NCBI GenBank assembly: GCA_040755455.1
Contig: JBFMAY010000001.1
Coordinates: 160,001-224,000, forward strand
Source of the DNA: Thermodesulfobacteriota bacterium
GTDB lineage: Bacteria > Desulfobacterota > Desulfobulbia > Desulfobulbales > SURF-16
DNA: 64,000 nt
Reading direction: 5' to 3'
Shown in pieces: positions 48,635 through 58,023 of this stretch. The translations under genes and the position numbers were made by a program. A model generated the notes under the pieces. That model ran no database searches and was not told the origin of the DNA. It saw only the letters and a list, made by a program, of their open reading frames with translations. Each line of letters opens with the position of its first letter. The first letter of the stretch is position 1.

Positions 48635-51280
48635 TCAGGCGTCAATGATTTCCCTGACCGTTCTGCTCAGATTTTCCAGGGTGAAGGGTTTCTGCAGGAA
48701 GGCATTGACGCCCAGCTGCATCACCTCGTCAACCCGGGAATCATGCCGGAAGCCCGAGACAAGCAGGACCTTCACCGCCGGGTTGATTTCTTTCAGCTGG
48801 ATATAGGCCTCCTTGCCGGACATGACGGGCATGACCATGTCGAGAATGACGGCGGCTATGCTGCTTTGTTTCTCCCGGTATATCTCGGCCCCTTCCTGGC
48901 CGTCCTTGGCAGACAGTACCGTGTAGCCCGCGGATTCGAGAATGGAGCATGTGGTCTCGCGCATGATTTTGTCGTCATCAATAACAAGCAGGCATTCGTC
49001 ACCGCGGGGGATGCTCGTTTTTTCCAGTGCTTCTTCCCGGTGAACCGTCCGGTCAAGCACCGGCACATAGACACTGAAGGTGGAGCCGAGCCCCGGCTCT
49101 GAATAGACATCGATAAACCCTTCAAGCTGTTTGATGATATTGTAAACCATGGTCAGGCCCAGGCCGGTTCCCTTGGCGCTGCCTTTGGTGGTGAAAAATG
49201 GATCAAATATTTTGGAAACGGTATTGGTATCCATGCCGACGCCGGTATCACCGATGGAAATCTTCCAGTACAGGCCCTGGATCGCCTCCGGGTGATATTT
49301 GCGGAAAGCAGCATCAGCGGTGACCTGCTCAACAGACATTGCCAGGGTGCCGCCCCATGGCGTCCCTTCCCGCATGATGGTCATGGCGTGGACGGCGTTG
49401 ATGCAGAGATTTAACAGGACCTGTTCAATCTGGGTGGGGTCGGCCATGGCATATGCCGGTGTCTGGGGCTGCCGCACTTCGATTTTCACCGATTTGTCAA
49501 AGGTATTTTCCCCGATCTTGCGCACGTGCTTGATGGAGAGATTGAGATCAACCGGAACCCGCTTGATTGGCTGTTTGCTGGAAAGCGTCAGGAGCTGGCG
49601 GACCAGATCCGCGGCCCGGTATCCGGCCGAGGACATCCTGTCGAGATATTCACGCAATTCACTGGCCGGCATATGGTCGTTATTGTCCAGGCGGAACTGC
49701 ATGAGTGAGAGATTGCCGAGGATGCCGCCCAGGACATTGTTGAAATCATGGGCCAGTCCCCCGGCCAGGGTGCCCACGGATTCCATCTTCTGGGCCTGGC
49801 GCAGCTGTTTTTCCTTCATCTCCAGTTCGGTGATGTCGTCGAGCCTGATGGCGATGCCCTTGGAACCATTGGCGACAAGAGGGAACAAGGTCAGATTATA
49901 GGTTTTTTCGCCATGGTCGGTCATCAATTCCCGGTGCAGCTTGATGGGCTGCTGGTCCATGGTGATGCGTTTGAAATGTTCGGTGTATTTGTTGAAAAAC
50001 GGGGCGATTTCCCAGATTTTCCGGCCGATTGCTTCCCCTGAGGTAATCCCGGTGGCTTCAATTGCCGCGGAATTCCACTGGGTGATCCTGGCGTCTTCAT
50101 CAATGGCAATCAGCATGGATGGCATTGATTCAATGATATTGTTGAGGTAATTGCGCATTCTGGCAATTTCCTCCGCCGCCTGCTGCTGGGTGGTGATGTC
50201 GCGCAGCATGCCTTCATACTTGATGATATGGCCCTGGTCATTCATCACAGCCTGGCATGAGAGAGAGGCGATGACCGGGGAGCCGTCTTTTTGCAGCAGC
50301 CTGACCTCGTAACCCTTCAGGAAAAAATGATCCCTTATGGTGTTTTGAAAAACCGCCACTGCTTCACGGTCCGCGAAGATTTCGGCGAAGAGATTGCGGG
50401 CAAGGAGCTCTTCCTTGGTGGAATAGCCGAGAATATCGAGCATGGCGGGGTTGATGTCAGCAAATGCGCCGTGCTGGTCACAGACGAAAATCCCCTCCAT
50501 GGCCCGTTCAAAAAGGTGGCGGAATTTTTTTTCTGAATTGCGCAGGGCAATCTCCCGCACCTCAATGGTATGGGCCATGACCCCCAGTGCCCTGGAGAAT
50601 TTTTCCAGTTCAAAGATGAGCTTCGGCGCTGGCAGGGTGACATTGAAGTCTCCCTGGCTGATGCTCTCGGTTGCCTGCATGAGGCTTTGCATGGGCCTGG
50701 AAAGGCGCCGCGACACGAAAATGCCGAAAAACACGGCAATCAGCCAGAAAAGGATGCCGGTCAGCACCCCCTTTTTCTGCACATCAGCAATGTGGACCAG
50801 CATTTCCCGCAGGGACAGAAAAACCCTGGCATGGCCCATCAGAATGTTTTCCACGTAAATGGGATTGGTGATGATGAGCTGCCCGGAGCCGGCTTCCAGA
50901 CAGACATGGAGAGTGTCATCACGGCGGGGATGTTCGTCTTGGCTGTCATCGCTCATCCTGGTGCCGAGTCGGTTGATGTCGGTTGCGGCAAGCATTGTCC
51001 ACGCGGGATCACTGATCTCGATGGCATTGACGTTCGGCAGGGCGGAGAATTCCCGGACAAAGTCCTGCAGGGCGGCGAAATTCTCGGTGATGATATGATC
51101 GGCAACGGCAAAGGAAATGTCCTGGGTGATCTTCTTGCCGTATTCGGACAGGCTGTTGAGGGCATATTCCTTGAAACGCACGGTATAGAGGGTGACGATG
51201 GCCGCGGTCAGGAGGAAGGTGATGGCTGACAGGTAAAAGATAAGATGGGTGCGGATACGGAAAGAAGGCATCAAGGTCAT
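48635..51280 (-). CDS. HAMP/PAS hybrid sensor histidine kinase
   Basis: TM-HAMP-PAS-PAS, AGGLAHDFNN, GTGLGL, receiver; ATGA overlap with the upstream SBP gene. Confidence 0.92.
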   Translation of the reverse strand: MTLMPSFRIRTHLIFYLSAITFLLTAAIVTLYTVRFKEYALNSLSEYGKKITQDISFAVADHIITENFAALQDFVREFSALPNVNAIEISDPAWTMLAATDINRLGTRMSDDSQDEHPRRDDTLHVCLEAGSGQLIITNPIYVENILMGHARVFLSLREMLVHIADVQKKGVLTGILFWLIAVFFGIFVSRRLSRPMQSLMQATESISQGDFNVTLPAPKLIFELEKFSRALGVMAHTIEVREIALRNSEKKFRHLFERAMEGIFVCDQHGAFADINPAMLDILGYSTKEELLARNLFAEIFADREAVAVFQNTIRDHFFLKGYEVRLLQKDGSPVIASLSCQAVMNDQGHIIKYEGMLRDITTQQQAAEEIARMRNYLNNIIESMPSMLIAIDEDARITQWNSAAIEATGITSGEAIGRKIWEIAPFFNKYTEHFKRITMDQQPIKLHRELMTDHGEKTYNLTLFPLVANGSKGIAIRLDDITELEMKEKQLRQAQKMESVGTLAGGLAHDFNNVLGGILGNLSLMQFRLDNNDHMPASELREYLDRMSSAGYRAADLVRQLLTLSSKQPIKRVPVDLNLSIKHVRKIGENTFDKSVKIEVRQPQTPAYAMADPTQIEQVLLNLCINAVHAMTIMREGTPWGGTLAMSVEQVTADAAFRKYHPEAIQGLYWKISIGDTGVGMDTNTVSKIFDPFFTTKGSAKGTGLGLTMVYNIIKQLEGFIDVYSEPGLGSTFSVYVPVLDRTVHREEALEKTSIPRGDECLLVIDDDKIMRETTCSILESAGYTVLSAKDGQEGAEIYREKQSSIAAVILDMVMPVMSGKEAYIQLKEINPAVKVLLVSGFRHDSRVDEVMQLGVNAFLQKPFTLENLSRTVREIIDA

Positions 51281-52131
51281 TGTTCTGTAATTTTTTGTAC
51301 TTCCCGGTGAAATGCCTCGTAGTCCGCGTCTTCCGCGGTGACAATGTGATGGATCTGCAGACTTTGCAGGATTTCCTTGTCCCCGGGGCTTGCAGCGTTG
51401 ATCGTTGTCAGCACTTCCTTGATGCGGGCCACTGTTTCCGGGTCCATGCTGTTTTTGACCGCAAAGGGAAACTGGGGAATCGGCCCGGATCTGGAGATGA
51501 TTCTCACCTGGTCGCGCACCGCGTCGAATGCCGGGCTTTCCAGCACCTCGAGCTTGACGACGCCGGCCTCGTATTGCCGGTTGACCACGCTGAGGATGAT
51601 GGAGTCGACCTTGTTGAGAAAGTTGAATTGCACCTCATGATCCGGGGAGATGCCCAGCTCGGACAGCTGCTGTTTGAAGAACATGTACCCGGCATAGGAG
51701 TGCTTGCCGATGGCGGCTATTTTTTTGCCTTTCAGCTGTTCAAGAGTAGTGATCTCGCTGTCTTTTCGGACAATGACCGCCCCATAGAACGGCGGTTCGC
51801 CCCTGGCAATGATATGGTAACCGGCGGGCTGGATGTGGAAGAAACAGTTGACGCAGGGCAGGGCCAGATCATAATCGCCCTGTTTGGCTTTTTCCATGAA
51901 TGAGTCATAGTCGGCTGCAGAAACGAGTTCAACCTTTTTACCGGTTTTTTCCTCGATGCGTTTGGCGATGGGGGCAAAGAGAGTGAAGATGGTGCGGGGA
52001 GACTTGTAGGGGAAAACCCCGAATCTTATGAGTTTGGAGGGATCATGGGCGAATGCCGGAGGGCGGCCGGCGATAAGGAGCATGAGCGCGGCAAAAAAAA
52101 GTATTCCTGCAGGCCTGAAATATTTTTGCAT
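51277..52131 (-). CDS. PhnD-like phosphate/phosphonate-binding periplasmic protein
   Basis: Signal peptide; RFGVFPY, IVRKDSEITTLEQLKGKKIA, S.AGY, DADYE. Confidence 0.85.
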   Translation of the reverse strand: MQKYFRPAGILFFAALMLLIAGRPPAFAHDPSKLIRFGVFPYKSPRTIFTLFAPIAKRIEEKTGKKVELVSAADYDSFMEKAKQGDYDLALPCVNCFFHIQPAGYHIIARGEPPFYGAVIVRKDSEITTLEQLKGKKIAAIGKHSYAGYMFFKQQLSELGISPDHEVQFNFLNKVDSIILSVVNRQYEAGVVKLEVLESPAFDAVRDQVRIISRSGPIPQFPFAVKNSMDPETVARIKEVLTTINAASPGDKEILQSLQIHHIVTAEDADYEAFHREVQKITEQ

Positions 52132-52190
52132 AATATTTTCAGTGACTCTTGTTTTGTTTGCAACTTATTATCACTTAAGCTCTTTTTTTC

Positions 52191-52220
52191 AGCTTAGGTG
52201 TTTTTGCATGCTTCTGTCAA
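52191..52220 (-). promoter_or_regulatory. Putative sigma70 promoter
   Basis: Minus strand TTGACA-18 nt-TAAGCT, 60 nt upstream of the SBP-kinase pair. Confidence 0.45.
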
Positions 52221-52257
52221 GCTCATTCAGCGGTTTTCCGGGAGGCAGCGAAGCAAA

Positions 52258-53808
52258 TCAAGGGCGGGGTTTATTGTTTCGTTTGTCCAGCCCCAGGTAG
52301 AAGTTGCGCCATGACGAGCTGTTGTTGAGCAGCCAGTTGCGGGGCGGTTCAAAGCCGTTTTTGAATTCGCCTTGGCGGTTTGCCGAGGCGAGGCGTTCAT
52401 AGGTCCTGACGTAGATGCAGCGTTTTTTGCCCGGATAGACTTCGCACCAGCCGTCGCGGCTGCCGCCGCAGGGGCCGTTCAGCATGTATTTGGCGCAGCC
52501 TGATTGGGGGCAGAGATAGGCCAGCGAGGCCAGGGTGCAGTCTCCGCAGTTCTGGCAGGCGAACATGAGAAATTTACTGATCTGTTCAAAGGCGGAAAAG
52601 GGGCGCTTGAACAGAGAGTCATGCAGGGCCAGGCAGGTCTGACGGCTGATCTTGAAAAACGGGCTTTGCGGATCAAACGCCGTGTTGTGCACCAGGCGGG
52701 ACACCGCATAAACGGGTCGCAGTTTTTCATATCCCTGCCCGCAGGTTCTGGCTTCCTCCAGGTTGAGCCCGGTTCTGCGGTCCTTCCGGTAAAGGCGAAA
52801 CCCCTCCTCCGGCCAGAAGGTCAGCTCCGTGATGAGATCCTTTGCCCTGGACTGGTATTTTTCCATGGCGCTGAGCATGAGGTCAAAGTCCTCCATGTCA
52901 AGGCCGGGGCCGCCGATATGGGCGCCGTCATAGCCCATGTCCTTGAGGACCGCCATCAGCTTTGCCGCCCTGGTCAGCCGCGCCTTTTTGCCCCGGTCCG
53001 GCGAGTTGGCCTCCTGTTGCATCTCTTTGTACAGCGCCTCCGGGATGACGCACCCCGGAACCCCGCCCCGGTACATGATATCGGCCAGGGGCATGGTGGG
53101 GATGAAAACACTGGCGAGAATCGGCACATTGAGGGCCTGCTGCCGCATGTAGAGGAGAACCTCATGAAACTTCCGGGCGTCAAAGCCGAGCTGGGTGATG
53201 ACATAATCGGCGCCGGCGGCGATTTTGCGGTGCAGCTTGTAATACTGCATGAGCTGCTCCGCCTCGGTCAGCTTGAAGGGCGAGACGGCAACCCCCTTGA
53301 AAAAGGAGGTGGGATGGTCCGGCTGGTTGAGATAGAGGCCTTGGTTCATCAGGTTGAGCATGTCCACCACATGGACACTGTCCAGGTCAAACACTGGCTT
53401 GGGATGGCCTCTGTAGCCCTGTTTCGGATAATCTCCGGAGATGACCAGCAGGTTGTGCAGCCCGCGCCGGTCCCAGCCGAAGAGCTGGCCTTCCATCTCG
53501 TTGCGGTTTTTATCCTTGCAGGATAAATGGCTGATGACATCAAGGCCCATGTCCAATATTTCAAGGCCCAGCACCTCCGGTGACAGGGCGGGGTGCCCCC
53601 CGGCATTATCGGTGATGCTTACCGCCTGAATCCTGCCGTCCGCGGCCAGATCGCCGGCCAGGCCCAGGGTACGGTCAATCTGTCTGTTTTTGCCGCCCCG
53701 GCTTGGCACCAGCTCGAAGGTGATGGTGAACTCCGTCCGGTTGCCGACGGACTGTCGGAAACGGGACAGGGGCTGGGCGGCAGGTTTATCTTTACTTTCC
53801 GGTGTCAT
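52258..53808 (-). CDS. metF: Methylenetetrahydrofolate reductase with fused C-terminal MetV-like Cys-rich domain
   Basis: FELVP, SITDN, HLSCKDKNR, ISGD, ITQLGFD; C-terminus CQNCGDC...CPQSGCAK...NGPCGGS...CEV...RC. Confidence 0.88.
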   Translation of the reverse strand: MTPESKDKPAAQPLSRFRQSVGNRTEFTITFELVPSRGGKNRQIDRTLGLAGDLAADGRIQAVSITDNAGGHPALSPEVLGLEILDMGLDVISHLSCKDKNRNEMEGQLFGWDRRGLHNLLVISGDYPKQGYRGHPKPVFDLDSVHVVDMLNLMNQGLYLNQPDHPTSFFKGVAVSPFKLTEAEQLMQYYKLHRKIAAGADYVITQLGFDARKFHEVLLYMRQQALNVPILASVFIPTMPLADIMYRGGVPGCVIPEALYKEMQQEANSPDRGKKARLTRAAKLMAVLKDMGYDGAHIGGPGLDMEDFDLMLSAMEKYQSRAKDLITELTFWPEEGFRLYRKDRRTGLNLEEARTCGQGYEKLRPVYAVSRLVHNTAFDPQSPFFKISRQTCLALHDSLFKRPFSAFEQISKFLMFACQNCGDCTLASLAYLCPQSGCAKYMLNGPCGGSRDGWCEVYPGKKRCIYVRTYERLASANRQGEFKNGFEPPRNWLLNNSSSWRNFYLGLDKRNNKPRP

Positions 53809-53873
53809 GCTGGTTAGATAAGGTCGGATAACTCATGATCGATTCGAGGTAAATGGTTTGACAGATTGCCTTT

Positions 53874-55130
53874 ATGGCATACGACTTTATGGAATCTCCA
53901 CTGCTGCTCATCTTCGTTGTTTTTGTCCTTATTAAAGGTATAGAAAATATTGTCGCCTGGGTTAACCTGCGTCATATTCGGCGGTATGGCCACCGGGTGC
54001 CGTCGGGCTTTGCCGGTTTTGTCGATGATCAAACCCTTGCCCGCATGCGGGACTATACCGTTGAGCATGGCCGCATTGATCAGTTTGCGTCCGCCTTTGA
54101 TTTCGTCATAACCCTTGGCTTTATCTTCGGCGGGGTGTTGAACTGGTATAATTCATGGCTGACCGGCCTGGGATGGCCTTCTGTTGCGACCGGCATCTGC
54201 TTTTTTCTCTTTCTCTCCTATGGGAGTTTTTTCGTGCAGATTCCCTTTGATCTGTACAGCACCTTTGTCATTGAGGAGAAATACGGGTTCAACCGCCGGA
54301 CGTTTTCCCTGTGGCTGGCGGATGCCGTCAAAGGTCTGCTGCTCACCACCGTCTTTGCCGCCCTGCTCCTGTGGGTGGCCTTCCTGATCATTGCCGCCAT
54401 GCCGGACTACTGGTGGATTCTACTGTGGCTTTTCATGCTCTTTTTCAAGCTGTTCATGCTGTATATCTCCCCGTATGTCATTGAGCCGCTGTTTAATAAA
54501 TTTACTCCCATTGCTGATAAAAGTCTTGAGGAAAAGATCAGGAAACTGCTGGCCAGGGCCGGTCTGTCCGTCTCCAGGGTCTTTACCATGGATGCCTCAA
54601 GGAGAAGCGGCCACGGCAACGCCTATTTCAGCGGTATCGGCCATGTAAAACGGATTGTGCTGTTTGATACGCTGCTGGAAAAAAACAGCGAGGAGGAAAT
54701 CCTGGCGATTCTGGCCCACGAGGCCGGTCACTGGAAGAAAAAACATATCCTGAAAAGGCTGGTGGTCATGGAGTGCGTTTCCTTTGTCGCCCTCTATCTT
54801 GCCTGGTGGTTCATGCAAGGTGATGGTCTTGCCGCGGTTTTTCACATCAGCGAGCCGACCCTTTACGTCAAACTGCTGCTGGTCGGTTTCTGCGGGGCGC
54901 TGGCCGCATTTCCCTGCAAGCCTTTTTCCAGCTTCATCTCACGGCAGCATGAGTGGGAGGCGGACCGCTTTGCCATTGACCTGGCCGGAAATCCCCGGGC
55001 CCTGGCCCGAGCCCTGGTCAAACTTGGCCGGGACAACCTGGCGAACCTCCATCCGCACCCCTGGTACATCGCTCTCCATTACAGCCATCCGCCGCTGCCG
55101 CAGCGGGTCAGAAAGCTGCTGGCCGCCTGA
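53874..55130 (+). CDS. M48 family (Ste24-like) membrane metallopeptidase
   Basis: PLFNKFTP, DASRRSGHGNAYF, HEAGH, EWEAD, YSHPP. Confidence 0.93.
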   Translation: MAYDFMESPLLLIFVVFVLIKGIENIVAWVNLRHIRRYGHRVPSGFAGFVDDQTLARMRDYTVEHGRIDQFASAFDFVITLGFIFGGVLNWYNSWLTGLGWPSVATGICFFLFLSYGSFFVQIPFDLYSTFVIEEKYGFNRRTFSLWLADAVKGLLLTTVFAALLLWVAFLIIAAMPDYWWILLWLFMLFFKLFMLYISPYVIEPLFNKFTPIADKSLEEKIRKLLARAGLSVSRVFTMDASRRSGHGNAYFSGIGHVKRIVLFDTLLEKNSEEEILAILAHEAGHWKKKHILKRLVVMECVSFVALYLAWWFMQGDGLAAVFHISEPTLYVKLLLVGFCGALAAFPCKPFSSFISRQHEWEADRFAIDLAGNPRALARALVKLGRDNLANLHPHPWYIALHYSHPPLPQRVRKLLAA

Positions 55131-55158
55131 CAGTGGCGGGTGGCAAAGAGAGGGGAAA

Positions 55159-55806
55159 ATGCACTGGCGCGAGCGAGCAGCAGTATTTCATGACAGGGCG
55201 GAGGACTATGACAGGTGGTTTGACAACAGCCTGCTGTTTGCCATTGAACTGGCAGCACTCCGGGAACTGCAGACCCCTCTTGCCGATCCGAAAATCGAGG
55301 TGGGGGTGGGGCCGGGCCGTTTTGCCCGAGCCCTGCAGGTTGCCATTGGTGTTGATCCGGCCCTGGCGCCTCTCAAGCTGGCCCGGTCAAGAAACATCAA
55401 CGTGATCCGGGCCATCGGCGAGCAACTGCCCTTTGCCGGGGGAAGTGCGGGCAGTGTCTATATCCTTTTCACCCTCTGCTTCCTGGCTGAGCCCCGGAAG
55501 GCGCTTGGCGAATGTCACCGCATATTGCGGCCGAACGGCCATCTGGTGCTGGGCATGGTGCCGGCCCCAGGAGCATGGGGCCAGGCCTTGCAGGCCAAAA
55601 AGGAGAAGAACCATCCTTTTTACCGGCATGCCTCTTTTTGTCAGGCCAGGCAGGCGGCTGACTGGCTGCAGGAGGAAGGCTTTGCCTTGGTGGAGAGCCG
55701 TTCGTCCCTCTTTCAGGGACCGGAGGAGCTGCGCGAGATGGAACATTCCCGGCCTGGTCTTGACGAGAGGGCCGGATTCTGTCTTCTGGTCGGGGAAAAA
55801 CGGTAA
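55159..55806 (+). CDS. Class I SAM-dependent methyltransferase
   Basis: GAGGGG SD + ATG 55159; FHDRAEDYDRWF, EVGVGPGRF, GVDP, EQLPF, RILRPNG. Confidence 0.88.
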   Translation: MHWRERAAVFHDRAEDYDRWFDNSLLFAIELAALRELQTPLADPKIEVGVGPGRFARALQVAIGVDPALAPLKLARSRNINVIRAIGEQLPFAGGSAGSVYILFTLCFLAEPRKALGECHRILRPNGHLVLGMVPAPGAWGQALQAKKEKNHPFYRHASFCQARQAADWLQEEGFALVESRSSLFQGPEELREMEHSRPGLDERAGFCLLVGEKR

Positions 55807-55844
55807 TTCCAAGTCGCCTGCAAGCCAATACCTTGCGGTTTTTT

Positions 55845-56162
55845 CTATTCCCGGTCCATCCAGTTCTGCCTTTCCTTGAAGAACCCGTAGGCAAAAAATG
55901 CGGTGCTGGTGACGATCAGCGCTGATACCAGCAGGGCGGGAATCCAGCCGGCCGACCCCATCTGTTCCTCAGCCATATCGGCCAGGTCACGTTTGCAGTA
56001 ACGACAGACCAGCGCGTTGCTGTAGATTTTTTCCTTGCAGTATGGGCAGGTTTGCATATTCATATTTTTCAATGTATCGTGCTGATAGGGCAATGTCAAG
56101 TCGCTGTTGCAGCTGCAGTCAGAATCATGATAACAGTCCGGTGTTAAATGGAAATTTTTCAT
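55845..56162 (-). CDS. Small zinc-ribbon membrane protein
   Basis: AAGGAG SD; CPYC...CRYC followed by one TM helix. Confidence 0.7.
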   Translation of the reverse strand: MKNFHLTPDCYHDSDCSCNSDLTLPYQHDTLKNMNMQTCPYCKEKIYSNALVCRYCKRDLADMAEEQMGSAGWIPALLVSALIVTSTAFFAYGFFKERQNWMDRE

Positions 56163-56181
56163 TTCTCTCCTTGGGGATTTT

Positions 56182-57135
56182 TCAGTCTTGCACCACGACC
56201 ACAGGTCGCCCCGGGGATAACTTCGCCCTGTCGAAAATGGTCAGGTTGTTATGGCCTATAATGCCCTGCAGGGTTTCGACGTATTCCTGTCTCCTTTCCG
56301 AATAAAACTCCAGGGTATTGACCAGGCTGTAGCCATCCAGGCCGCCCTTCTGCTCCCGGCGCTGCTCGGCCCTGGCCAGCCGGAAATTCGAGTAGGCCTC
56401 ATGGGTGTTGATGTTCATGGCATAGGCCTTGATCGAGTCAATGAGGGTCGGGAAGTCGGCAATGCGGTAATCTCCCCGGTCCTCTCTGCGGTTTTCCGGC
56501 ATTATGCCCTCGCCCCCCCAGCACCACTGGCCGAAAAGCGCATTGCCTTCAGCGGCAAAGCGTGAGGTGGCATAGCCGCTTTCGTAGGCCATCTGGCCCA
56601 GGGCCATGGATACGGGAATGGTGTCGACCCGCAGGAAGATCTTCTCAAAAAACTCATCAGTGAGAGCCACCGGCTCGGTTTCCTGCACAACCTCGTAGCG
56701 CCTGGCAAGGTTCTCCAGCCAGGCGAGATCCTCCTCGCCGGGTTCCAGCCCCTCCCGGTGCTGCTGCGCAAGGACCTGCAGATAGCTTCTTTCCGCGCTG
56801 ATCTGTTCATTCACCCTGAGCACCAGAGGCAGCATGGAGCGGTAGAAAAGGCTCTTTCTGGTGGCGACTGGCTCGTCGTCCGCCCAGTTGTTGTCGATGG
56901 TGTCCAGGTAAATGCGGGGCACGGTAAAGTCGGCGTTTTCGACCACGCAACTGGTATAGCCGATTGACTCGTAATAGTCCCATATCTGCCGGGCCGATTC
57001 CAGGGTCAGTTTTTCAGGTTCTTCTTCCGGGGCCTCCCACGGTCGGTGCCCGGGTTGAAGCAGGAAGAGATATGACACCAGGCCGGCGGCAATGACTCCT
57101 CCGAGAGCTGTGGCGGCAAGCAGCTTTTTTTTCAT
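56182..57135 (-). CDS. Glucosaminidase-domain (Bax-like, GH73) protein
   Basis: N-terminal anchor; RKSLF...LP, GQMAYESGYATSRFAAEGNALFGQW, YAMNINTHEAY, YSER. Confidence 0.85.
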   Translation of the reverse strand: MKKKLLAATALGGVIAAGLVSYLFLLQPGHRPWEAPEEEPEKLTLESARQIWDYYESIGYTSCVVENADFTVPRIYLDTIDNNWADDEPVATRKSLFYRSMLPLVLRVNEQISAERSYLQVLAQQHREGLEPGEEDLAWLENLARRYEVVQETEPVALTDEFFEKIFLRVDTIPVSMALGQMAYESGYATSRFAAEGNALFGQWCWGGEGIMPENRREDRGDYRIADFPTLIDSIKAYAMNINTHEAYSNFRLARAEQRREQKGGLDGYSLVNTLEFYSERRQEYVETLQGIIGHNNLTIFDRAKLSPGRPVVVVQD

Positions 57136-57342
57136 AACGTTGGCCTTATTTCCAAGTGATATCCTTGTGTTGTAAAAAAATCGCATGAAGCGGGCCAGCA
57201 CGGGCACCAACCGTCATCCAGCAGGCGACGAAGAAAAAATACAGCGGATTGTAACCGTATTCGCCGGGCAAGACAAGCAAATCGATGGAACCGGGCCGTG
57301 GGTGTCGGAGAAAAAAGTCATGAGGCACTTTTTTTGTTTTTT

Positions 57343-57358
57343 CTTGATCTAAGTCAAG
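57343..57358. promoter_or_regulatory. CRP/FNR-family binding site upstream of nrfHA
   Basis: CTTGAT-CTAA-GTCAAG, a one-mismatch match to TTGAT-N4-ATCAA. Confidence 0.6.
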
Positions 57359-57435
57359 GACAGTCCGCAGGTCTCCCGGTAGGCTTTTGCCAGAGGCCAA
57401 ATCTATGAGGAAAACTACAACCGAGGAGGAAAACG

Positions 57436-57540
57436 ATGGAGAGAAGGACACATTTATTGCAGGCTGCGGCCTTCTGCATGCTGTCGCAATATCTGGACGA
57501 TGACAAAATCACTGCTGCCGTCAAGGAGGTGCATCCATGA
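57436..57540 (+). CDS. Putative 34-aa upstream ORF coupled to nrfH
   Basis: GAGGAGG SD; MERRTHLLQAAAFCMLSQYLDDDKITAAVKEVHP*; its TGA overlaps the nrfH ATG (ATGA). Confidence 0.45.
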   Translation: MERRTHLLQAAAFCMLSQYLDDDKITAAVKEVHP

Positions 57541-57992
57541 CGAACAGGAAGAGGAAGGCGGTCGGCCTGGCCGTCCTCGGGGCCGGCATTTTTTCTGCTG
57601 TTTTCCTGATGCTGGGGCCGCCCAGGCTGCTGGCCAAATCGGAAACCCCCGATTTCTGCGCCGGCTGTCACGTGATGGAGGCGGAATATGATGCATGGTC
57701 GCATGCCGGCGCCCATCGCCGTAATGCCTGTGTTGACTGTCACCTGCCAAACCGCAACAAGGCGGTGCATTATGTCTGGAAGAGCATCGACGGCATGAAG
57801 GACACCTTGGCCTTTTATTCCGGCCGGGTGCCCGAGCGGATCGCCATCAGTGCACATGGCCGGGAAGTATTGCAGGATAACTGCATCCGCTGTCATGAAA
57901 GCACCGTTGCCCACATTGACCAGGAACGGCCATGCTGGCAATGCCATCGCCGGATTAGCCACAGGGGAACCGGTCAGATTTTAACACTGTAA
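57537..57992 (+). CDS. nrfH: Cytochrome c nitrite reductase small subunit (tetraheme)
   Basis: N-terminal TM helix; CAGCHVM, CVDCH, CIRCH, CWQCH; directly upstream of nrfA. Confidence 0.95.
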   Translation: MTNRKRKAVGLAVLGAGIFSAVFLMLGPPRLLAKSETPDFCAGCHVMEAEYDAWSHAGAHRRNACVDCHLPNRNKAVHYVWKSIDGMKDTLAFYSGRVPERIAISAHGREVLQDNCIRCHESTVAHIDQERPCWQCHRRISHRGTGQILTL

Positions 57993-58023
57993 ACGTCCAC
58001 AAAGAGATAAGAAGGAGAAGAAC

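Noticed and set aside
48620..48636. Partner terminal repeat for the IS-like end at 43425 (GCAGCCTGTCGG)
   Set aside because: Only a partial match, and the orientation faces outward, so the two do not bracket an element.
54784..55158. N-terminal extension of the methyltransferase ORF
   Set aside because: It overlaps the M48 gene in another frame; SD plus ATG at 55159 gives a normal-sized protein.
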